A DNA stretch of 64,000 nt from Vitrella brassicaformis CCMP3155 (Eukaryota; Protista; Chromerida): assembly GCA_001179505.1 (NCBI GenBank), contig CDMY01000491.1, positions 1 to 64,000 of the forward strand, read 5' to 3'. A program made the translations under genes and the position numbers. Shown here one piece after another: positions 1 through 11,440 of this stretch. Within the stretch, counting starts at the first letter, position 1. Each line of letters starts with the position of its first letter. The notes under the pieces were generated by a model. It saw only the letters and a list, made by a program, of their open reading frames with translations, was not told the DNA's origin and did no database searches.

Positions 1-769
1 TCTCATTCGTCTCAAAATGCCTCGTAACGGTTTACGGTCCAAGATTGGTTTGTAGAATCGCAATGCTTGCATTCGTCGGAAAATGCGGATGCAGATCGTA
101 TTTTAGGTAGATGCATGAAACGGGCGACGAAGTTCGTCTACGCATAAACAGTTCCTATCAAGCAAAGGGAAACCAATGCATGCAGAAAACAATGGACAGC
201 GTTCGTCACCGTGAACATGTCGCACACTGCAAACAAGCGTGAGACATGCAACATGACACACATTCAGAACCCAGGTCCAGCCAGCCATCTCACAGCCCCG
301 CAGCGGGGCTGGTATGTGGCCTGTATGGCCCGCGGCTGACGAAGTCCTCAGGAAACGCGCTGGCCCTCCGTAGCCCTCTGGCGGCCGCCGCGCGCTGCGC
401 ACGACTCGCCACCTGGAACGCGTTGTGCTTCATCAGCTCGACGGACAGGAGCTGGCTCCAGTGGTTGACGATGCTCTCTCGGAAAGCTGTGTCCTTCTCC
501 ATGGGAATGGATGTGGGGCGAGGCTTTCGTTTGGCGAGCATCTTGAGAAAATCCATGGTCTTGTTTCCCCATCTGCCGAATGTCTCCGCAGCGAGGGGCA
601 CGAAGCGGAAGCCGGCTGCTTGGGTGATTGGTCCATACTTGTCGATCTTGTCTTGATGCAGATCTCATTCACAAGTCACACACACACAATTGCATAAATT
701 ATGGTCAAATTGCATATGCCCGTGACACCTGTCTTTTGACGTAGTCATCTTAATTCATTAGTTCGACGA
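1..769 (-). repeat. Inverted duplicate of 3837-4038, interrupted by a retroelement; may extend left of the window
   Basis: 1-97 is the reverse complement of 3942-4038 (1 mismatch seen); 655-769 is the reverse complement of 3837-3951. Confidence 0.95.
98..654 (-). mobile_element. 5'-truncated CRE-like (REL-endonuclease) non-LTR retrotransposon with 10-bp TSD
   Basis: ORF 290-601 and upstream codons read KYGPITQAAGFRFVPLAAETFGRWG...HWSQLLSVELMKHNAFQV, the REL C-terminus. GATGCAGATC flanks it at 88-97 and 655-664. A single-copy empty site lies at 3942-3951. Confidence 0.9.
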
Positions 770-814
770 CCACAGTCAGGAAGATGTAGTCCTCGCGTTG
801 CGCCCACAAGACGG
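770..814 (-). repeat. 45-bp copy of p23 exon 2 (2165-2209) fused to the inverted duplicate
   Basis: CCACAGTCAGGAAGATGTAGTCCT(C/T)GCGTTGCGCCCACAAGACGG is present at both loci with one mismatch. Confidence 0.9.
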
Positions 815-1431
815 CCAACTGGCCAGGGATCGCATTCACCCGACAGGATCCGGGTCCCACCCCTCCTCACCAGCCATCGGTCAGTGCTCCCCCCTTAGAG
901 GCCCCACCACCACTGCCTCCACCAGCACTACGACCCACTTCGCTTCCTGCATCTATGGATGGATGGACCAAGGCACCGTTGGTGATGACTGCCAAGGAAC
1001 GGGGTCCTACTTGTACTCGTCCTAACCCCTAAACCTCCCCGTTCCTTGAAGTAGAAAGTAGGACATGTAGTACGAGCTCGAGAGGTTCCTCACCCCCGCC
1101 CACGTGGTCATCCTGGCGGCAGCCACGACTCAAGTAGACCCGCGGCATTGTCCGAGAGCGACGGGGAGAAAATCGAAGGTGATGATGACGTGATTCATCT
1201 GTTCATCGAGAGATCGTGCACGCCTCCGGGGAGGGTTTCGGATGACCGGGAGGGTATAGATCATCGGGTAGCGTTCTTGCTTTTCAGTACGTTTATCAGC
1301 ACGTCGTGTGCCGCTACAGCAATTTACAAGAAATGGAGCGCCAAGGAAAGACAGGCACTGATGGTTGATCCGTCGCCTTGGACATGCTTCATCATCACAG
1401 CCCAGCGTCAAATGAGTCGCATGCGATGCCG

Positions 1432-2291
1432 CTACTTGTCGTCCCCTGCACTGTGTGTAGCGTCTACACCATTCTGCCTCGGTTGTTTCTCACCAGCTTT
1501 CCCTTCCTCTCCATTATTGGCGTCAAAGCCTGCGCCCTCGTCGAGATCAGGCAGATCTGACGGGAAATAAGACACGCCGGTGTTTGAACGAGGTACGAAG
1601 AGCCTGTCGGCCCGTTGCCGTCTCCTTACCATCTTCATTGTCGTCATTGTCGTCACTGTCCTCTTCCTCGCCTCCCATTCCTTCCATGCCGCCCATCCCG
1701 CCTAAGCCGCCCATCCCGCCTAAGCCACCCATCCCACTCAACCCGCCCATGCCGCCAAGCTGCGAGAGGTCGAGGCCGTCCATGCCCATGTCGAGGTCCT
1801 TGAGGTTACCCTCCTCCTCGTCGTCCGTGTCAACCCACTTGTTCCAGTCGCACTTGAGCCAGTGCAGCTTGCCACCCTCCTTGGTCAGCTTGGGCCATCG
1901 CGCCTCCTCCTCCTTCACAAGCTTCAGCTGGAAGTTACGCGACTGGGACTCGTAGATCTTGGACTCCTGCATAAGCACACATCGCCCCATCTTGTTATCC
2001 GGTCTTGTTATGCCACATCCCTGCCCGTACCTCCTTCTTGACAGGCGCGTAGAGGTCGAGTTTGAACTCGTAGTCGGTTTCTCCCGCATGCGCCTTGAAA
2101 CGCAGTGATTCAGACTCCAGGTCGATCTTCAGGCTATCCTTCTGCACGTCGTCGCACTGCACGTCCACAGTCAGGAAGATGTAGTCCTTGCGTTGCGCCC
2201 ACAAGACGGGAGGATGAACGGTCTTCTCACTGAACGGCAGAAGATGGAGATGATATCGCACGCGTTTGAACTGACGTCTGTCTCACCTCAT
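1432..2291 (-). CDS. p23: p23/Sba1 Hsp90 co-chaperone (CS domain, GGM repeats, acidic tail), 4 exons
   Basis: Exons 2291-2287, 2229-2031, 1966-1630 and 1556-1432 with GT-AG introns give MSEKTVHPPVLWAQRKDYIFLTV...WPKLTKEGGKLHWLKCDWNKWVDTDDE...DLPDLDE. Confidence 0.92.
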
Positions 2292-2354
2292 TGCGTCGAT
2301 TTGTTTAAGGTTGCTCTGGGAAGGCGGCCCCCAGCCGTGAAACGGAGGTAAAAA

Positions 2355-3848
2355 ATGAAGTCACTTGCGTTCTCTTTCATTTCCGCCTCTGCCCTGCTCT
2401 GCTTCACTGTATTTTCTGGACGACACAAAAAGCGCAGCGAGAGGCGTTTGGTTTCCTTGTCTTCTGGTGGTGTTGCGGTCAAACATGTCAATGAAACGTT
2501 CTCCACCGAGGTCCCGCTGATGACCTTTCACGAGATGATGTCGTATCTTGACAGTGTGATGACGTCTGTCGAAAGAGAGTCGCTCCCGAAGACTGGAAGC
2601 AAAAAGATGTTGCCCATATTTCAGCTTATGGACTCCTACCTGACAAAGCAGCAAGATCTTGCGGCCACTTCCCCCATGACAGAAGAGCGAAACCGGATGG
2701 CAAGGCAGCTGGCATACACATTGGCAGCTCACGACATGCGAATCCGGCATAGCTGCCGTGCTTTGAGGGAGAAGCGGGATGTCTCAGGCTACAATGCTCT
2801 CAGGGGAGGGAGATACTTTTTCGGGCTGACACTGCAGAACGCGGAAGAATCGCTTAAAGAGTTGGTGCTGCAGCTGCTCGACATCATCGACTTCCTGGGG
2901 CCAGGCAATGTCTACCTGTCCATTTATGAGAACGGCAGCGAAGATGACTCGAAGGACTTTCTGGTGAACATGGATGTACTCCTCACTCTCTTCAATGTGG
3001 ACCATACAATCGTGACGGACATTGAGGGGCGACCACATGATGTTGATGCAGTCGAGTATCTTGCCAAAAAGCGCAACAGGGCGCTCGAGCCTTTGATGGA
3101 CGGAGACAACGGTTCATTCGACAGGGTGGTCATTCTGGACGGCCTCCTCTTCTGCAGTGCGGACGTCCTCGAGTTGCTACATGAGGCCAAAAGGCAGGGG
3201 GCTGACATGGCGTGCGGCGCTGACTTCCGATTGCAAGAGGGCGAGAACGAGAAAAGCCGACGTCTTGCATTTGGAGACACGAAGACAACAATAGATATCA
3301 CCGGTTCTCACTTCCTTCCTTTCCCCCCCAATGCCTTCAGCCAGCACGAAGCCACCCGAGACCGCCTCAAGCGGACTCTGCCTGTGCAAGTCACTTGCTG
3401 CTGGAGCGGGCTTGTGGCTCTCAATCCTCGGCCACTTGTCGAGGACGGGCTCACATTCCACCACCGAGACAACGAAGGCGAAGAAGGGGCGTGTGGTGCG
3501 GGTGAGCGCATGTTGCTGTGCCAGGACCTGTACCGCAACGGGTGGAATCGGGTCATGTTAGTCCCAGCTGCCAAAGCCGTCAGCTCGCATGACCACGGAT
3601 GGAAAGAGACGGATAAGTTGCGCGAATACGAAGAAATGCAAAGGGTAAATCGAGGTTTCAATCCAGAACCCGTCGAGTGGGCGCCTGTAAGTGGTGAGGT
3701 CGCGTGTCACGAAGAGGCTAGAGATAAGACAGGCACACACACGTTCTTTGTTGGTGCTCCAAACCATCGTGACAACGGGGCTACTCGTGGACGAGCGAGA
3801 CTCCTCCCACGAATCTCAGTTCTACAATCTTGGCTTTCGTCGAACTAA
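2355..3848 (+). CDS. GT69 / CAP59-CMT1-type alpha-mannosyltransferase-like protein, intronless, N-terminal signal anchor
   Basis: 497-aa ORF with family-like motifs YLSIYENGSED, YLAKKRNRALEPL, FDRVVILDGLLFC, DMACGADF and VTCCWSGLVAL. Confidence 0.85.
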   Translation: MKSLAFSFISASALLCFTVFSGRHKKRSERRLVSLSSGGVAVKHVNETFSTEVPLMTFHEMMSYLDSVMTSVERESLPKTGSKKMLPIFQLMDSYLTKQQDLAATSPMTEERNRMARQLAYTLAAHDMRIRHSCRALREKRDVSGYNALRGGRYFFGLTLQNAEESLKELVLQLLDIIDFLGPGNVYLSIYENGSEDDSKDFLVNMDVLLTLFNVDHTIVTDIEGRPHDVDAVEYLAKKRNRALEPLMDGDNGSFDRVVILDGLLFCSADVLELLHEAKRQGADMACGADFRLQEGENEKSRRLAFGDTKTTIDITGSHFLPFPPNAFSQHEATRDRLKRTLPVQVTCCWSGLVALNPRPLVEDGLTFHHRDNEGEEGACGAGERMLLCQDLYRNGWNRVMLVPAAKAVSSHDHGWKETDKLREYEEMQRVNRGFNPEPVEWAPVSGEVACHEEARDKTGTHTFFVGAPNHRDNGATRGRARLLPRISVLQSWLSSN

Positions 3849-4038
3849 TGAATTAAGATGACTACGTCAAAAGACAGGTGTCACGGGCATATGCAATTTG
3901 ACCATAATTTATGCAATTGTGTGTGTGTGACTTGTGAATGAGATCTGCATCCGCATTTTCCGAGGAATGCAAGCATTGCGATTCTACAAACCAATCTTGG
4001 ACCGTAAACCGTTACGAGGCATTTTGAGACGAATGAGA
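3837..4038 (+). repeat. Intact arm of the inverted duplication (3' flank of the mannosyltransferase gene)
   Basis: Reverse complement of 1-97 plus 655-769. Confidence 0.95.
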
Positions 4039-4590
4039 TTGAATTCACGCACCGTTTGATCCCGTCTCCGGCTCATTCTCAGTGAAGTTCTCAGGAGAAT
4101 GGTGCTTCGCTGATAAAGGGAGGGAGGTGTTCTAGCAGCACCTGACCCCAGAAATTCGATACAAGCCGCCCACAACGGGCTGTGGGTGCGTGCGTGTGTA
4201 GCTGTGTGTGTGCGTGTCTGTGTCATTCATGACGAGAAGGAGGAAACTCTCTCTGTCCTTTCGGGGCTCGCCGCTCTGCGGGCGAGGCACGCTCTTACCC
4301 AAACTTCGTGTTCGTTCCTAATAGATCATTCTTGTCGAGAGATTTTATATTCGGTACCGTGTTTCTGCATGCAGCCCCCACTCTGGCGCGGCGCATGCAG
4401 CCGATGTTATATCTTGTGTTGTGCAACCCCATGCAGCCAGTCGCCGTCGTTGCAGGTGATGTAATCATATGCCTCAACGAGCTGCCACTATCCTCCCTTG
4501 CTCGACCATTTTTAAAACCTCCCAAATGTGCCGAAGTGTGCATGCAGCTCATGCGATTGCGGGAGGGGGGAGGGAGAGAGGAGGGGGGGA

Positions 4591-4890
4591 NNNNNNNNNN
4601 NNNNNNNNNNNNNNNNNNNNNNNNNNNNNNNNNNNNNNNNNNNNNNNNNNNNNNNNNNNNNNNNNNNNNNNNNNNNNNNNNNNNNNNNNNNNNNNNNNNN
4701 NNNNNNNNNNNNNNNNNNNNNNNNNNNNNNNNNNNNNNNNNNNNNNNNNNNNNNNNNNNNNNNNNNNNNNNNNNNNNNNNNNNNNNNNNNNNNNNNNNNN
4801 NNNNNNNNNNNNNNNNNNNNNNNNNNNNNNNNNNNNNNNNNNNNNNNNNNNNNNNNNNNNNNNNNNNNNNNNNNNNNNNNNNNNNNNNNN
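4591..4890. other. Assembly gap (300 N)
   Basis: Run of N. Confidence 1.
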
Positions 4891-5215
4891 GGGAGGCAGG
4901 CACCTGGCACACATACAGACACTGAGCATGTAAGACGAGACGCGCACACGCACTTCATAACATATACCTGGCACACCACCTCCCCTGGCCCTGGGGAAGT
5001 ATACAAGCAGGGCGGCCCTGCGCCATCGGGGTGACACGTCACGTCACGCAGATCTGGGTTTTTTCCGAAATCCAGGGGCAGCCAAACCTTGGTGTGCCGG
5101 ACATCCGCCCTGGTCCCTGCCTCCTTTTTGCAGGGCTGCTAATCGTTTCCATGAATGCCTTTTTTTGTGTTCATGGAGACGCAATGAATGAATGAATGAA
5201 TCAATGAATGAACGA
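4891..5215 (+). mobile_element. Dispersed ~330-bp repeat with (TGAA)n tail, SINE/LINE-3'-end-like
   Basis: Homologous to 63385-63700 (reverse) and partly to 27277-27425 (reverse); ends in AATGAATGAATG. Confidence 0.75.
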
Positions 5216-5340
5216 ATGTCGCACACTACACACAATTAAACGTGAGACATGCACCACAATACACACCGTATCCTGATCCAGTCAGCCACCTCGCAGCCCC
5301 GGAGCGGGCCTGGTGTGTGGCGCGGCTGACGAAGTCCTCA
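5214..5340 (-). mobile_element. Short 3' fragment of the CRE-like family
   Basis: Aligns by eye with 215-350 (GTCGCACACT...GTGAGACATGCA...CAGCCCCG...GCGGCTGACGAAGTCCTCAG). Confidence 0.75.
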
Positions 5341-5569
5341 GTATCACGTATGAGGCTCCGGGGTGTTCCATTCAGCGTTTTCCCATTTAAGCACCGTCCC
5401 ATTTGTGCGATACTCATCGTATACGAAAGGATCGTCAAGTCTCACATACAGCAGCATCATGGCGTGAAACTGGCAACAAAGTCCGTTGCGAAGGGCATGG
5501 AATTGTGTCCCATCCCACTTGGAATATCTGTGACAATCGTCCTTGGTCCACCACCGGCCAAGGAGCCCT

Positions 5570-7460
5570 CGAGAAAAACTGAACTAATTTGGCTGCGCCT
5601 CCTCCCCCCGGACTCCGATGTCTCCCTGGCAGCCGCCGAGCGACATGACGCCGCCATTCTCACGGCATTCAGGCGCATGTTCCGCTTCGCTGGTTGCTGA
5701 CTTCCCTGGCTCGGTTTCCGCACGAGTTCAGCTGCCCATCCGGCTGGAAGGGTTTGGCCTCATCTCTGCAACCACGATTGCCCCATCGGTTGGAGTGACG
5801 GCATCTGGCGTCTCTAGCCGCTTTCGTGGAGCCCCATGGCTGCCACAGGGTGGGCCCGCTGCTCTACTTGACCTGTCCTGGCACCAAGCAGCGACACCTG
5901 CTCTTGCCGCAGTCTCTGAGGCGGTCGGGCTGTCCAGGAGTCCTCCCTCTCCTCCTCCATGTCCTTATCTCGAGGCCGCAGGTTCGGCTGCAGCAGCGCC
6001 TGACCGACCAGCCGCACAAGTTCCGCTTAACGAGCTCTTCAACTCGCTTCCGCCTGACAGCCGAGCGCGCGCCGCCTCCTGATCCGTCGAGGGCCCCTCT
6101 CGTCTGCCTGGCTGTCCGCGATCCCCTCCAGTGACCACAAGGCGCTGAACAACTTCAAGTNNNNNNNNNNNNNNNNNNNNNNNNNNNNNNNNNNNNNNNN
6201 NNNNNNNNNNNNNNNNNNNNNNNNNNNNNNNNNNNNNNNNNNNNNNNNNNNNNNNNNNNNNNNNNNNNNNNNNNNNNNNNNNNNNNNNNNNNNNNNNNNN
6301 NNNNNNNNNNNNNNNNNNNNNNNNNNNNNNNNNNNNNNNNNNNNNNNNNNNNNNNNNNNNNNNNNNNNNNNNNNNNNNNNNNNNNNNNNNNNNNNNNNNN
6401 NNNNNNNNNNNNNNNNNNNNNNNNNNNNNNNNNNNNNNNNNNNNNNNNNNNNNNNNNNNNAGCCTTCTGTCTCGCAGCGATGCATCTGCGGCGGGGAGAG
6501 CTTGACAAATTTGGCGATCACTGTTACGTGTGTCACACGGGGCAGTAAGCGTGTGACGAGATCTCACAACAATATGCGCAACTTGTTTGTTCGCCATCCT
6601 GGCTGAGGCAGATGTTCCTTCCAATGTGGAGGTGCCTGTGCAGAGCCTCGGCGTCAGCGCGCCCGACGACAACCCCAACAGCCAGCGCATACACATCTAC
6701 TGTGTGATCGACGGCCATGACTACCTGCTCGATGTCGCCATCGCCCACCCCTGCAAGCCTGACGACTCCCCCATCCCCTCCCACCGAACACTCAACCGAC
6801 GTAGCGCAAAACTTCCAAGTGGCAAGACGGCGCAACTTGCGGAGAAAGACAATATCGATCAGTATGGACCAACCACCCAAGCAGCTGGCTTCCGCCTCGT
6901 GCCTTTCGCTGCGGAGACATTCGGCAGGTGGGGAGAGAAGACGGTGGACTTCATCAAGACGGTGGACTTCATCAAGACGCTCATCAAGCGGAAGCCCCGC
7001 TCTACCTCCATCCCCCCTATGAGGGCGCACCTTTCCGAGAGAGCGGCATCAACCAACCATTGGAGCCAGCTTACGTCCGTTGAGCTCATGAAGCACAACG
7101 CGTTCCAAGTGGCGAGTCGTGGGCAGGGTGCGAACCCGCGAGGGCCACGCGAGTCGTGGGCAGGGTGCGAACCCGCCAGAGGGCCAGGAAGGGCCGATGC
7201 ATTTCTCAAGGACTTCGTCAGCCGCGGGCCGTACAATCGCGGGGCTGTGGGGCGGCTGACATGATGTGGATGTCGTGTGCATTGGGGTGCACGCCCCGCT
7301 TGGTTGTGTCTGTGCAGTGCGCGACATCCTTATGTCCATTCTCCTTGTGATTTTTGCAGTCGTTGAGCTTTGCTCGTTTCCTTGTGTGGGGTGTTCCGTT
7401 TGCATCGTGCGAACGGTGGTGTCTTTGTCTGAGGCTTAGACGAACATCGTCGCCCGTTCT
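5570..7460 (+). mobile_element. Degenerate CRE-like non-LTR retrotransposon (RT thumb, zinc knuckle, REL domain, 3' UTR) spanning a gap
   Basis: Frameshifted pieces read WLRLLPP...HDAAIL, QLPIRLEGFGL, SAWLSAIPSS, CICGGE(L)DKFGDHCYVCH, DYLLDVAIAHP and VPFAAETFGRWG. The 3' motif TAGACGAACATCGTCGCCCG is at 7437-7456. Confidence 0.85.
6161..6460. other. Assembly gap (300 N)
   Basis: Run of N. Confidence 1.
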
Positions 7461-8012
7461 GTGTACTTGACTCCACATTATCTGACCATCTTTGGGTGTG
7501 GTATGAGCGTGGCAGTCCGGCCCCCACCGGGCCTGGGCGGCCCAACGAGTGCCGCGGAGATATTTTTTGTCAAGAATGAATAGGCAACGGCCAACAGAGT
7601 CCAAGACACGTTTCTGTGTTGTCATCACATTGCATGTATCCGCCGTCTTCCTCCCGCGTCGGCCTTTTCTCTTCACGTCTCTCAGAGGACCTCTGGCTCC
7701 CTGTTATGCCTCTGAACCTGACCGCATGGTTTTGGGTGTGTGTCTTGTCGCTTGTCTTATCTTCCACTTAGCTAATTCCCTTCATTTACTCGTCAATCAG
7801 ATATTGAATCGAAGCAGTACAGCAGGAGTTGTCATTTATTGCTCACGTCGAGAGGGAAAGGGGCCAGCAGAGGGTAATGATAAGTCAGCGTGTCATCCAT
7901 CAGCGTCAAAGCAACAAAGGACATATAACGACAGGAAAGCATCAAGACGTGGGGGCCATTTCGCCACTACGTTCTCGCCAATGTAAAAAGAGAAAAGGAC
8001 CTACCGCCCTCC

Positions 8013-10286
8013 CTACTTCGTGGACATTGGAGGCTCGTACTCGGCCTCTGTGCCCATAAAACCACCATGTCCGCCGTGTCTCGCATTGTCGTGATGCCCA
8101 TGCCCAGGCATTTTCGGCAGGCTCACCTCCTTGTAACAACTGTGTGAATCCTTCCCGTCCGTGTAACCCTGACACACAAGAAATGATAACGGTGGATCCT
8201 CGGGAGGTAAACAGACAATCCAGGCAGTTGCCTACGTGTGGGCAGATCGGCACGGGTGCCTTGATCTCTATCTTTTTGCAGATGGCCTGCTCCTTCTTCT
8301 TCTTCCGCGCGGGCTTCTTGATCTCAAGCTCGAAATCGTCAGGGCAGAACCTCTCGACAGGTGCAGTCTCCTTCAAGTTGATGCAGACGCCCACATCGTC
8401 GTTGAACTTGGTTCCGTCGGGACACAGAAGGATCGGCTGAAAAAGGGGACAAAGACAAATGCGTGTGATCACGAGAGAATACTCCTCTTTCGTCTTCGTA
8501 CATTCTTGTCGACGAGCTTCTCACACTTGAGCTCTCCATCTTCCTTCTTCTCTTCTGTGCCTGTGTGTGCAATTATGTACATCAACAATGACAGATGTGT
8601 GAAGCGTGCTTTTGGACTGTTCATCTTCATGGACGCGGCAGGCCGGCCTTCTTTACCTTTTGGACATTCGAGCATCGGTGCACCCCTGTCCTTGCTTCTT
8701 GTGCACTTGCCATCCTTGCCCACTGCGCCATTCTTGCACATCATCTTCATGGGAGCGGTGGTAGTCTACATATGCAATACACACGCAACTGTCAGACCGC
8801 CCTGCTCTTCATCGTCTCCTCGTCCACAGACGCACCTTTGTGCACTTGTTGCCGTACTTCGTGCTATCAGCCATGTTACCGTCGGAGCACGTGTATTGCA
8901 CAGGAACAGTCTCTGCAATTGCCAGAACGATAGGATGCTGCGCCGTTCTCATCCCTTCTGCCTGCCCCGTTTTGCAGTGCGCACCTTTGTGAATGCACGT
9001 TTCGTCCACGAGAGATCCTCCCTTGTTGCATGTTGGTATTCCGGGGGCATGCGAGGTCTTGACGCATTTGCCATGCTTCATTTCCCCTCCTTTGTCACAG
9101 ATCGTCTGCATCGGGGCTGTCTTCTTGGCACCCTTCTCAGACGAGACGCACTCTGCTCCTCCGCTGCCGTGATGACTGTGTCCGCTGCCCTTCGAAGCCT
9201 CCATACTGTACCCTGACGGCGGCAAAACACGGAAGAAAGGGCGGCTGCACCTATTCTTGTCCCCACCCCACCTTTGGGGCATGAAGGAGATGGAGAGTAT
9301 GTCTGGATAGATTCGCATTTGCCATCCTTGCTGCCGGCTCCGTGCTTCATGCCATCGCATGTGATAGTTGGGGCGTAGCTGTCTGTCTTGGTGCACTCAT
9401 CGCTCTCCATCTTGTACTCCCTGGGGCACGAGGGCAGGGCACCTTCCTGAGTAATGCACTGACACACGGACGCCTGACAACAGAAGCAGACGCATTTTGT
9501 GAGTTCTGATTGGCTCGCTCGTCTGCTTGCGAATCGTACTGCGTTCTTCTTTTCGCCGGAGGAAAGGGTGCAGCCAGCAGGGCAGTGGGGCACGGCACGG
9601 CTTTCAATAGATTCCACACACTTGTCGTGCTTCAGCGTCCCGCCCTGAGGATCAAGCAACAGACGACAGACGGCAGACGCGATCGAGTGATGCGGAAAGG
9701 GACGACTGCATTTGGACACGTTACGTGTTTGCAGACGAGCTCAGGCAGGACGTCTGATCTCTTCTGGCACCTGCCGGCTTCTGTCAACTCCAAACCCTTA
9801 GGGCACATTGGCTCTGGCGGAACGCCGTCGACCTTCAGACACTTGTGGGTGCCGCGGAGATCATATCCCTCTGTAGCGGACAAACAGCAGGGGACGGGGA
9901 TATAACAGTGTTACAACTTCAGCTCATGCAACCTTTCGAGACCTGGGCAACGGTGGAATGGGTGGATTTTGATGATCCTGACGCATTTGTCGCCTTCAAG
10001 CTTCGCATGGGGACCACAGACCAGAACCTGTCGCCGAAAAGTCATAACATTGCATTCTCACCTTCTTCTCAACTTTGCCGTGATGAAGCCTGCGTACCTT
10101 GGGTGTGCTTTCCATCTTGGTGCATACATTCCCCTTGTCTGTGAAGCCGTAGTCACAGCCGCCGTAGCCACCCACATCCTTCTTGTCTCCGACAGGCGCT
10201 GGCTCGCTCTTCTTCGATTGTGCTGCCGCGCCATGGGAAACAATGGCGGCTACCAGCAGCCATACACACCGCCGCTGTCTCGTCAT
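8013..10286 (-). CDS. Secreted Cys-rich oocyst wall protein (COWP/OWP)-like, multi-exon
   Basis: Signal peptide MTRQRRCVWLLVAAIVSHGAAA, then repeated CPxG(Y/F/L)xL...(K/R)C units across many short exons (CPKGLELTEAGRCQK, CPREYKMESDECTK, CPDGTKFNDDVGVC). The last exon reads EAEYEPPMSTK*. Confidence 0.8.
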
Positions 10287-11167
10287 CGATGCCCAACAAC
10301 GAGTCACCACCCGCTTGGGTTGCCACAGCGTACAAGGGGTCAACCGCTAGGGTTTCTAGCTCGCATGCGTTAATGCCGGAAACGCTAGCTCGCATAACCG
10401 ACCGACCAAGATCCCGACCACCACTCACCACCACTCACCCCACCCACGCCGACCGCCCAGGCGAACCCAGGAACCTCAGCAACCAGCGGCCTGGCTCGGC
10501 CCTTCGCGTGGCCGAGAAGCGCAAGAGGAACGTGTATGCCGTCGCCTGTGCACGGGGAGGGTACACGAGTCGTATGGACGCTGGTCTTCGACTATGGAGA
10601 CCTTTTTGCACAAGCTAGGCAAGGCAGGGACGACAGGGATTTCTCGACGGGCCGTGCCGTGGCCCGATGGTGGGTCCTCCTGTCGTATGCAGTCAGGCGT
10701 GAGTGTGCTCTTACGGTTTGCGGCAAGAGTGAGGCCGCCACACCATTCATCCGCCCCTTCCCCAGAGACGAGGTCTGGGGGAGGGGCCCCTATTCACCCC
10801 ACTAGGTCTTTTCCTCGCCACACTGTGCTTCCATGTGCCTGTGTTGTGTGTGTGTGTGTGTGTGTGTGTAGGGGTGTGAGTGTGGGTGGGGGCGTGGGTA
10901 TGCGTGTGAGGTATTGGTATTCCTGCGTGTGTGCGTGTGTGTAGGGGTGTGAGTGTGAGTGTGGGCGTGGTCTGTGTGTGTGTCTTGCGGGCATCCTGCT
11001 TTTCCCTGCGGTCATGTGTATGGGTGTGCCCCGGGGATGTCTACGGGTCGGCCGCCTGCCGCCCCTCTCCGCCGTGGAGACTGGGGCAGCGGTGCGCTCT
11101 CACACACCCCCTGCACCCCGTGCGTGGTTATTTTAAGGGCGTGTTTGTGACTGGGGGATCTGCAGTG

Positions 11168-11440
11168 GCTGGCCACCTGGAGATGGGCGGTATGTACGTA
11201 TGGAGTCATGGTGCACCACGCACGCACGCACGCCGCCTTCAGGTTGCTGGGGTGGCGCGTGTGCGACGTAGTGTGCCTGCTCGTATGTTGCTGTCGTTCG
11301 CAGCGCCTTGCATTTGCACCTGCTTGCTGCATCTGCCCTCTGCGTGCTGCGTGTTGCGTGTCCGTGTTGCATGTGTTTTCATGTTGGACAGACCCATAGG
11401 GGACGTCAGGCCGCCTAGGGTGCTCCCTGAAACCGCTGCT
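11168..11440 (+). repeat. ~270-bp dispersed repeat, also at 17640-17920 (and partly 15935-15975) inside the Helitron-like units
   Basis: Near-identical TGGCTGGCCACCTGGAGATGGGCGG...CTAGGGTGCT..CTGAAACCGCTGCTGC. Confidence 0.9.

Noticed and set aside
4295-6696. Long ORFs spanning N gaps (also at 21183-21777 and 42441-43094)
   Set aside because: Artefacts of translating N runs.
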